Part shown: in pieces, positions 53,239-64,000 of the stretch
Position numbering within the stretch: position 1 is the stretch's first letter
Layout of the letters: each line of letters begins with the position of its first letter
Source of the DNA: Octopus sinensis
Lineage: Eukaryota
Reading direction: 5' to 3'
Assembly: GCF_006345805.1 (NCBI RefSeq)
Contig: NC_043005.1
Span: 20,832,001 to 20,896,000, forward strand
Length of the DNA: 64,000 nucleotides
Program-made: the position numbers and the translations under genes
Notes under the pieces: model-generated
Told to the model about the DNA's origin: nothing
The model's database searches: none
What the model saw: the letters and a program-made list of their open reading frames with translations, nothing else

Positions 53239-55274
53239 GTAATTATATTTTGTATTTTATTATTTGATATTTTTTCCTCTTTTTCTGTACTCACGATTCC
53301 AATTTGTACTTCAGAGTTATTTGTGTGAAGACACATATGACAGACATAAACATATTCTAAAAATATGCAGTATTAAGAACTGTGAATACTGGCAGCGCAT
53401 TCTAACACAAACTTTGTTCACTTTGAACACATTAATGCATGCTTTTGATTAATATTCTTTATAGAGGGAAGAAGCTTTTGTTTTCTGAAACCTAGACAGT
53501 AGTAATGGCAGCAGCAGTAGTGATAGTACAGGTCAAAATAGCATTAGCAGTAATGTTTCTCTTCATTTCCATATGTGGGTGTGGTTTAGTGCTATTACTG
53601 CATAGTGCCTCAAGATTAGAAGCTGTTGTACTTAATCTGATATACATAAATTACACTAAGGGAAATGCCAAACTATGTGGTTGTTCATCTATATTTTGGC
53701 ATGGTTATGGCAGGATTCTTTTCTATCACCTTCCATTATACACATGGAGAGTACATTTTGTCATGCTACTAGAAGTAGAGAAATTGTTTGCTGTGAGTGA
53801 AGAAGCTTCTTAATATAAAATAAATTCCCATTTACTAATTGTGAGAACAAAATAGCCAAGAAATGAACTCAGTTTTATTTCAAGGATGTTGTTGTTTGCT
53901 GCTGAAATATTTCCTTCTTGAAACAGAGAACACCAACAGAAATTTACTAGTTTTAGTGATCACAAAGTTAGCAGTCTCATGAATACTAGGATTTCAATAC
54001 TGTAACAGAGAATTTTTCTCAGTGAAAATGAAGGCAAGCCATTTCAATATGTATATCTATGAGGGCCTTCAACTGGGCTGAAGTTGTAGAACTCATAGCA
54101 ATCTTTATTCTGGTCACCCACAAGAGGTTCAATTGCATTGACAGATCAGGTTTATACAGGGACAATTGCCTCGCAATTCCAAGTAATATTAATGGCCATG
54201 CCATGAATATATAAAGAAAACCTCAAATGGAATCTTAAAGAACTAACATTTTAACTTAATGAACATTACTTTAGACTTGAAACCAGGTATAAGAGAGTTA
54301 ATACTCCTACAGGAAGCCTAATAAGAAAAACAAACATTTTCAGAGGAATTACCAGTATTTCCAGAGCGCATTATGAAACATTGAATCTGGTTTTCCTAAA
54401 AGAATCTCCAATTTATTCTCAAATAGAGATACTTTTGACAATATTTTGTGCAATACAACGAGGTGTTAGCTAAAATTGTATTTAGACAGCAGTTAGTTTA
54501 AACAGATTATGCTCCACTTCCAAACCTGAAGAAAACTAGGAAATAAAATAACTTCTCTTCAGTCTAAATGTCTCCATAAGTACTGCTAGAAAGGTTTAAT
54601 CCTGCATTAGACACTCTTTCTCATGTGCACATCAGCACCATAATCTTATGAATGTGCATAGTATTATGAATAGTTACTTCTGTCCAGAGTTTTCAGCATT
54701 GTATGTTGCAATTGAAAAAATATACTCATATCCAGCTTTTATCTGTGACACCTACATTTAGCTGCCAAAGCCAATCCCCATCTCTCTGCTGTGAGAATTC
54801 AGCCTTCAGAAATAGTGGTTTTTAGAGCAAGCATCACTTAACCTGATTGTTTCCTAATGAATTACATGGGAGTCTCACCCGATAATTTCAAGGAAAGATA
54901 CTCCTTCAAGTTCTTGTTTAGGAAGAAGTGTGCCTCACTATCCTGTTTTACATGGAGACGTTAGGAACAGAAAAATGATCCTTGCAATATAAACTCAGGT
55001 ATACTCATCAAATTGACTCCCTCATCAGAAGTCAATCTTTCTACTCTTAACTAGGTCAGAGAAAGCGCATACATATGTGTGTACATATGCAAGTGGAGTG
55101 CTTGAATGAATATTTGTATGTAAGTATATATTCATGGGTATGTATCTATGTATGTATGTAGCTATGCATTCCTCTATGTAAGCATGCATGTATATAATGT
55201 ATGTGAGAATATATTTGATATGAGGCTTCAACTAACAATATAATATATATTCATACTCACATACATACATACAT

Positions 55275-55306
<32 letters not shown>

Positions 55307-55467
55307 CTATACATATATAAATAAATGCATACATACACACATATATATATATGTATACATATATCTATCTATCTATCTATCTATATATATATATATATGC
55401 ATACATATATAAATAAATACATACATACACACATATATATATATATGTATACATATATCTATGCATA

Positions 55468-57010
55468 TAGGCAATTACGGAGGAATTCAAGACAGGTTGC
55501 CTCTGGGAGCTCCTCTATGCTGACGACCTTGCTCTAATTGCTGAGTCACTATCAGAACTGGAGGAGAAGTTCCAGGTGTGGAAGGAGGGTTTAGAATCGA
55601 AGGGCCTTAGAGTCAACCTAGCTAAAACCAAAGTACTAATAAGTAGGAAGGTAGACAATCTACAAATGTCTTCAGGAAGATAGCCCTGCTCGATCTGTAG
55701 AAAAGGTGTAGGTAGAAACTCTATAAAATGTACCCAGTGTAAGCTATGGACACATAAGAGGTGCAGCAATGTCAAAGGTAGGCTAACTGGGAAGATATTT
55801 TTTGTATGTGGCAGATGCTCGGGAGCATTAACCCCCGAAAATCTGCAGAAAACAACTTCCGTCACTTTCCAGGGGAAAAAACTAGAAGTAGTTGATAGCT
55901 TCCGTTATCTAGGTGACCAAGTCAGTAGTGGGGGTGGGTGCATTGAAAGTGTAACTGCTAGAATAAGAATAGCCTGGGCAAAGTTTAGGGAGCTCTTACC
56001 TCTGCTGGTGACTAAAGGCCTCTCACTCAGAGTAAAAGGCAGACTGTATGATGCATGTGTACGAACAGCCATGCTACATGGCAGTGAAACATGGGCCGTG
56101 ACTGCTGAGGACATGCGTAAGCTCGCGAGGAATGAAGCCAGTATGCTCCGATGGATGTGTAATGTCAGTGTACATACTCGACAGAGCGTTAGTACCTTGA
56201 GAGAAATGTTGTATCTAAGAAGCATCAGTTGTGGTGTGCAAGAAATACGATTGCGCTGGTATGGTCATGTGGCGAGAATGGATGAAGATAGGTGTGTGAA
56301 AAAGTGCCAATCCCTAGCAGTTGAGGGAACCCGTGGAAGAGGTAGACCCAGGAAAACCTGGGACGAGGTGGTGAAGCACGACCTTCGAACTTTAGGCCTC
56401 ACTGAGGAAATGACCAGCGACCAAGACCTTTGGAAATATGCTGTACGTGAGAAGACCAGGCAGGACAAGTGAGCCCAGCCCACTTATGCATGCCTTTCCT
56501 CCCTTGGACACAAAGACCTGTTGAGGCAAGCGAAGTCGATATCGAACCTCATCCGACGACAGGCACTCATGCCAACCCCCTTTGCTTGCAAAGACATGTT
56601 GGGGAAAGTGAAATCGAAATCGAAATCAGAATCGAAATTGAACCAATCCTATGACTGGCACCCGGCAGATACCAGGGCCCCTGGACTGGTGGTACGTAAA
56701 GAGCACTATCCGAATTGTGGCCGATGCCAGTGCCGCCTCGACTGGCTTCCGTGCCGGTGGCACGTAAAATGCACCAATCCGACCGTGGCTGTTGCCAGCC
56801 TCACCTGGCACCTGTGCGGGTGGCACGTAAAAAGCACCCACTACACTCACGGAGTGGTTGGCGTTAGGAAGGGCATCCAGCTGTAGAAACATTGCCAGAT
56901 AAGACTGGAGCCTGGTGCAGCCTTCTGGCTTCCCAGATCCCCGGTCGAACCGTCCAACCCATGCTAGCATGGAGAACGGACGTTAAACGATGATGATGAT
57001 GATGATGATG
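55468..57010 (+). mobile_element. RTE LINE, 5'-truncated recent copy
   Basis: Near-identical to 10863-12470 including the 3' UTR; ELLYADD intact; (GAT)n tail at 56989-57011. Confidence 0.92.
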
Positions 57011-58440
57011 ATACACACACACACACACACACACACATATCTATATATGTAAATTGAAGGAAATAGAGAAATACCATTCATACATTAAAAATTTATGTGC
57101 ATCATAATATAATATACTATAAAAAGATATAACGAAATATAACAAATAATTAAAAGAAATATAAATCCAACAATTTGTTTCGACTCATATCAACCAGTTT
57201 ATTTACAAAAATTCACATTTATAGATATAAGTCTCTCCATTTATTCAAAATCAGACAGAAATTCTATGCAAGGACTGTAAAATTATAAAGTAGACTGATT
57301 TAAAATATGTGTATGTTTTCAACCCTGAGTGATAATAATTCAAAAATATAATCAGTACAATAAGAACAGCAAAATTCAAGTGGATAAAACAATTCAGTAG
57401 AGAAAATTTACAACAGACATAAAAGGTTCTTATGGATCTCTAAATAATATTAATCAAAATATATTTTAATCGAAAATAATTACTGGTTATTTTATTATAT
57501 AATATCCGGCAAGTAAAGTGAGATCACAGCTATGTCCGACACCACTATTGCATAACCAGCCCATTTGAAAGTAACCTTGAATCATGAGGCAATATGCTGC
57601 ACCTGTTGAATTAAGGAAAATCAATCAAAAAAATCAAATCAAAATGGGAATCGTAGTTGTGGCCGATGCCAGTGAGAAGAGCTGTTGAGTCAAGTGAAAT
57701 CGAATTGTGGCCAATGACCTGGCAAGTAAAGTGAGATCACAGCCGTAGTCTATACCAGTGTTGCATAACAAGCCCATTTAAAAGTACCCTTGAATTGTTG
57801 GGTGATATACTGCACCTATTGAGTCAATTAAAATCAATCAAAATATCAAATCAAAATGGAAATTGTAGGTGTGGCTGATAATAAGCACCATACAAGTGTG
57901 GGTCGATGCCAGTGCCGCCTGACTGGCTGTCCATCCTGGTGGCACTGAAAAATGTTAAAAAATAAATCATTTTAGCAGATGTCTGTTAAAATGATTTATT
58001 GATGAGCACTTCTTTATATTCTCCTTTATAAGATTGAGGCATTTTTGCACATTATTCTTCCTGTCGGATTTATTTTCATACATCTATCAAAACATATGTT
58101 AGTGATATGGTGATATAAATAATTTAGATAACATTTTAACTGATTGCCTCTAATTATTCTCATATATGTGAATATATGTATGTATGTTTATATATATATA
58201 TCTATATATATATATATAAACTCCCCCAGATGCACATACACATATAGATATGTATACATGCAGACACACACACATATATATATAAAAACATGCATACACA
58301 CATAAATATTTATCTACATATATATACATAGACATAAGTATATATACACAGAAATAAACATACTTACTACATATATGTACATACCCACACATATATACTT
58401 ACATATATATATAGCTACATACATGTACATAATCATATAT

Positions 58441-58486
<46 letters not shown>

Positions 58487-58747
58487 CATATATACATATA
58501 TTTATATATATACATATATTTATATATATACATATATTTATAAATGTGTATATATATATATATATATAGATGTATATATATATGGGTGTGTGTGATTGTG
58601 TATAGAAGAATATATTAATAAAAAGAATTCCAACCTTGTCTGATTTTCACGTTTTATTTACAATCTTATAATGATATATTTTAAGATAATATATTATAAT
58701 TGAATAAAATAAAATGAAATAGTAGAATGTTAAATATTCATTCTGAT

Positions 58748-58792
58748 TGAACTAGTACTTTCATGCATTGAATTCTGCAATCTTCGGGTTCA
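58748..58792 (-). ncRNA. Minimal type I hammerhead-like motif (one core substitution)
   Basis: Minus strand tgaac-CCGAAGA-ttgca gaattcaa tgca t-GAAA-gtac-TA-gttca; palindromic stem III. Confidence 0.55.
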
Positions 58793-59402
58793 TGTAGTAG
58801 TGTTGACAGTCATGCTTCACAATTTTTGACTGTAGCAAGATGATTGATTCTGTGCTATAAATACAGCTGGGAGAGGCTCCAGAGTGCTAGGTTTTGCAAA
58901 CTGTATTCTGACCAATCAGTGTGTAGTATCACTCAATTACTTAAGCTGATTGGTTGGTTGAGCTGATTGGTTTAGGCATCACGCTTTGTTGGACATGTCA
59001 AGAGTCCTGTATCTTGACCCTGGCCGAAGCAGCAATTGTTGAGTTATTTTTAGAAATGTTGTAAATATCCTTTGTCAGAGATTTTTATATTTTTATATTT
59101 CAATTGTCATCATCATCATTGTCAGCACCTTAATTATTGTTGCTAGTGGTGATGGTGGTGGCAATAGAACTTTTAACCCTAAATAAGATAATTTTCCTGC
59201 TATCTTCATCTTGATCACCTTTAGTATTGTTGTTGTTGTTAGTGGTCATGGTCGTAGCAGTGGAAGTAATACCCCTAAGTATTATTATTATTGCTTATTT
59301 AGCTTGGGTTCGAATTTATCAATAAAATTCTTTTCTCTGATTTTCCTCTGGATTTCACTTGGGCTGTGTAATTTGTAGAATGGAAATATTATATATATTT
59401 TC

Positions 59403-59456
<54 letters not shown>

Positions 59457-59499
59457 CTGCATATTCAATAAAAATTAATAAAATTTTCTAAACACATAT

Positions 59500-60500
59500 T
59501 TAGAAGAGTGTGTACAAGATAGAACTTGTTTACATCTGTCATTAAGGAGTTTCTTCTTAGATGACAAGTGTAAACGTGTCTGCATGCATGTTCAGATTTG
59601 ACAAGGACTGAGATGATGTGCTCAATTGTCTCATTGTTGTGGTTGCACATTCTATCAAGTTTTGCAGGGTATTGGCCATGGAGTGGTTTTTCTCTCAATT
59701 TCATCTTCACTATATTTTGTAATTCTTTTTTCATGCTGTTTTTTGTCTCTGACCATTTCTGCCATGTTGTCATCTGAGGTCAGTTTAGCAGTGTACTTTG
59801 TTTCTGTCTTATATTTTGTCACCTCCATAAGTATAGAGAAAAGAATTGTCTTCTACTTGTGCTGCTTTATTACATGCAGTAACCTTCCATATTTTGTTTC
59901 TAATTACTTTCCTAGTGTAGCTGTTGTTATATTATAGTAGTTCTCTACCTTTGTCAGGCCACGGACTCCTTGTGAGGAGGGTACATATGTTGTAGATATA
60001 TTTTGTCTGCGTGTGCTTTAGTGTGGTGACTTAAGTATGTTGTCAATATTTCTCTGTTTTCTATTATCTAAGTATCTCAATTCACTGATCTTCCAGTTTA
60101 TTATGTTTAAGATGTAATCTATGGCTAGTATGGCTAGCATGTTTATTCCTATTATCTTACTTTTAGCATTAAGTTCAGAGTTTAATATTAGACTAACTCT
60201 TCTGCAGTACTCTCTAATTTTCTTTTGCATTTCTGTGTGTTGTATTTCAGCTATTTTATCTATTCATAAATATTTGCAGGAGTGATTGTGGCCTAATTCT
60301 TGGATTTCTTTGTCAGGTGCAGTACTGATTAATTTGACTTGCCTTAGTGTAACTCTAGCAAATTTGTCCAGCCCCATGCACATTCTGATGTCCTTGCTGA
60401 AACGATCGACAATTTGGAGACAGATTTTCTGCTCCATGGTGCATTTAGTTAAAATTTTAAAGTCATTCATGTATTGGAGATGGTTTAGTCTTAAGTTCAT
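59500..60500 (-). mobile_element. R4/Dong-like RLE LINE relic
   Basis: LNHLQYMNDFK, M.MGLDKFA, ILNSELNAKSKIIGIN, KPLHGQY, ETIEHIIS. Confidence 0.75.
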
Positions 60501-60774
60501 TTCTACAGATGTTCTAGAGAAACTATAGCCAGAACTGATTTTTGTTACAGCATTATTTTGTATTGAGACCGATGTAAAGAAACAATTGAAGACAAAAATG
60601 AGTAATGAGTGTATATAACAAAATTTGGGGGTTTTGCCCTTTCATCAGCACCTATATAACCCATTCCCACATCTGAACATATTGCTTATATAGCCACTGC
60701 ATAGAATGGTGTTAAGTTATTGGGTATACCAATTTACATATTAGACATATTCCTGGAGCTGGTACATAAACATT

Positions 60775-61116
60775 AATGATTTGTAGGTATGTGCTACTTT
60801 GTTATGCAAACATAATATACCATAAAGCATACTAAATGTTTTCATAAGTCAGTACCCAGTTCTACTCAGTCAGCAGTGCTTCTTACATTATTTTGTTAAG
60901 GTTATTTCTACACCTGACATCTCGATAGGAAACGTTGTAGCAAAGATCAGTTCTGGCTATAATTTCTATAGAATTTCTGTAGAAATAACCTTACCAAAAT
61001 TATTTTAAAAGCCCTATTGATGCCTGAGAATGTGGTAATGACTTATAAAAACATTTGGTATGCTTTTTAGTATATTATGCTTGTATAAAGAAGTAACACA
61101 CACCTACAAATCATTC
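60775..61116. repeat. Imperfect long inverted repeat (foldback/MITE-like)
   Basis: 60775-60911 pairs with 60978-61116 (aatgatttgtagg...ggttatttctaca / tgtagaaataacc...cctacaaatcatt); 60501-60551 also pairs with about 60933-60984. Confidence 0.7.
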
Positions 61117-61639
61117 AGGTTTATTGTTTATCCCTAGAACCTATAAACAATAGTGGTTTCATTTAAAAAACTTGTCTGTGGGGTTAGAGAAAGGCAGAAA
61201 GTAGGGGTGACAGTGAGCCTGCTTGGAAATTCCTTCTTCTGATGGGTATAGAGCAGGTTTTAATGATTTGTGAGTCATTTTTTAATGTTATATTGGTTTT
61301 CCAGTTTGTCATTGCATGTTTAATATAATTTATTAGTGGTGGGATGACCTTATTCATGGGGAGAGATTATCATTGTTATTATTATTATTATCATTATTTT
61401 CATTAGCATCTTCTTTCAGTTCTCGTTCCACTTCTTGCTAAGTGTGTTCCTGACACCTAGGGCAGTGAAACATACTGTATACATTGGTAGGCCATTAAAA
61501 CAAACACATTCGTTTGTTCATTGACAGTCATGTGATAGAGAATAAGGGATGACAGAGAGAAAAAGGAAAAAATGAAAAAGAGAAAAGTAAATAAATACAA
61601 TAAATGGGACAAAGGAGAGCAAATTCACAGAGATGGTGC

Positions 61640-63020
61640 TCATTTCAATACCTGTGATGTACCAGTTAAGTCAGTCTTTTGCAATTCTTGCATGGATGGT
61701 AAGCCAGGGATCATTCTTAAATAATTTCCAAATCACTGGAAATTGTAACCATCTTGAAATGCCACATGTTTTCGATTTTGATTAGCAAATCTTTATATTT
61801 TCGGAGCTTATAAAGTTCTTTTACTGAGATATTATGGGCACAAGGAATACTCGTGTCAATCAACAAATAGACTTTATTTCTTTTGTCTATCACAATAAAA
61901 TCTGGTTTATTTGCCTTGATGATTCAGTCTGTACATACTGCGAAGTCCCAAAAATAGTTACATTTTCTCCCTCAGTTACAGCTTCAGAGTGGTACTCGTA
62001 CCATTCGTCAGCAGTTTTGAATTTATAATACCAATAAATTATCCTATGTAGATATTGGCCAACTCTGTCATGTCTTGATTTGTACTCTACAAGTACTAAA
62101 ACCTCACATATAGAGATTAAGTGGTTGACTATATCTATCAGCACTTTTGGTCAATACCTTTTATCATCACATTGGTTTGATAGTTTGGGGTTAATAAGCT
62201 CTGATCGTGGGCAACCAAGATAAAACCATCATTCTCTGCCTATAGCACTGAGCTCCATAGCCACTGATAAGTGTGCTTCTGGTCTACATCAGCTTGTTTG
62301 CTATGGGCCACATAGTTGCCATGCAGTTTTTGTTCCCACCCATCAGACAATTTTTCAAGCACATTTTGCTTTGCTATTGATTCACCTTCTTTGCAACTAC
62401 AGTTGCTGCACTTCCCTCATGCTGTTCAACCTGAGTATTATGCATAAACTCACTTGAACATTTTTTCCCCTCCTTCGTAACTGAATGAAGCTTCCTCTTT
62501 CATGGTGTTCCATGAGCATCCAGTCCTTATATATTTCAAGATATTTTGGTGGTTTTGTAGATTTCAAATTGGATAAATCTTGATCTCCTTGAGCTCTGGG
62601 TAGGCAAAAATCGTCTGCCTCTGCCTTTGGGTGGTGCATTTTATTGCAAGTCAGCAGGTTACGGATTTTTCTGTCAATCTTCCTTATTTTGCTCACATTC
62701 CAGTTCAACACATTGAAACTGTAAATAACAACCAGAACTGCTAAGGAATTTATAGCTAACACCTTGTTATGTGCATTTAACTCAGATTTTAGGACTGCTT
62801 GAACTCTCCTGTAACACTCTTTCTTTATCTTCTCATTCATACTTGCATGTTGAATGCCAGAGCCCCCATTTATTCCGAGTTATTTGTGAGTTTGTTCCTG
62901 CTTGAGTTATTTTATGAGTGTGTCAAAACCACTGAATATGAAGTCTTCAGTGTTCCTTTCTGTAAAGTGGCCTTAGCACATTTATCAAGACCAAATTCCA
63001 TCCCATTATTACAGGAAATG
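61640..63020 (-). mobile_element. R4/Dong-like RLE LINE 3' half
   Basis: VLKSELNAHNKVLAINSLAV, MHHPKA, YKSRHDRVGQYLH..I, ENVTI, followed by degenerate PD...D...K.Y endonuclease. Confidence 0.8.
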
Positions 63021-63826
63021 AAATTTTTAATATAATATGAAAAAGCCATCTGGTGCATTATGAAATCCTAATCCAACCAGAAAATTATGTTTTTGCATAA
63101 GACAATCTTCTCAGAATAAATAAGAATTCTGCTACATCAGGAGACATACATGAATGCTCACCTGAATAGTTTGGTTGTACGTAATCCTTTCATACATCCC
63201 TCCCCTAATGGCATGTAATTCTTTAATATGGCATGGCAATTACAACACTTGATACATTGGTTAACTACCTGTTCTACCACTCTTGCATGAATTCTTAAAA
63301 GGGTATCATTTTGGAAATAATTTTTTTATTTCTTTTACCTTTTAATTGTTTTATTCATTAGACTGCAACCATGCTGGGGCACTATCCTAAAGAATTTTAG
63401 ATAGATGAATTAACCCCAATAGTTACATTTCTTTAAAACTTGAAACTTTTTATGATAGTTTATTTTGCCAAACTGCTAAGTTACAGGGACATAAACACCC
63501 CAAAACCAGATGTCAAGCAGTGGGGGGGGGGGACAAACACAAATACAAACATAAAGATTATCTGTCTCTCTGTCTATCTCTCCCTCTTTCTTTCTCTCTC
63601 TCTCACACACAAACACACACACACAGTGGACTTTCAATTTCTCTCTATCAAATCCACTCAAAAAGCTTTGGTTGGCCTAAAGATATAATAGAAGGTGCTT
63701 GCTCAGAGTGTCACACAATGGAAGAGAACCTAAAATCTTGTCATGTGTTTAAGAAGCAAACTTCTTACCATAAATCCACGCTTTTGAGTAAAAAACATAT
63801 TTCTTGTTTTCTTTTTCTTTTTTCAG

Positions 63827-64000
63827 CTGACAAACCTTTGCAGATTAAAAAAGTTAGCATACAAGAGAAGGATACTATTGGAAGGCTTAGAAATGTGAAA
63901 TTAAAGACGTGTAATGAAGCTTGCCATCAGTATCCGGGATGTAATTCTTATCAGTACAATGAGAAGGCTAAATTCTGTGATCTGAGCAATGCAACTGAGT
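63827..64000 (+). CDS. Exon A4 (truncated by window end): PAN/Apple-like domain type A
   Basis: tttcag| acceptor, DKPLQIKKVSIQEKDTIGRLRNVKLKTCNEACHQYPGCNSYQYNEKAKFCDLSNATE..., open to the window end; most similar to A2. Confidence 0.88.

Overview
Eukaryotic, AT-rich, repeat-dense animal DNA. The repeat landscape (RTE LINEs with (GAT)n tails, tRNA-derived SINEs, Penelope-like elements, mariner relics, long (TA)/(TG) microsatellites) suggests an octopus/cephalopod genome; this is inference. The whole window lies inside one large + strand multi-exon gene that the ORF track fragments. I read 11 small exons, all phase 1-1 and each encoding one extracellular domain: four-cysteine PAN/Apple type A (A), compact Sushi/CCP (S) and four-cysteine PAN/Apple type B (B). 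The order is A1-S1-S2-B1-A2-S3(frameshifted)-B2-A3-S4-B3-A4, continuing off the window; neither the start nor the end of the gene is in view. Sequence, splice-site and intron similarities point to a higher-order six-exon repeat built by tandem duplication. The introns hold nested retroelements. These include a CR1-type LINE with a twin-priming-like 5' inversion, RTE LINEs with a PHD-type finger after the RT core, and a Naiad-like Penelope element. At least three hammerhead-ribozyme-like motifs are also present.
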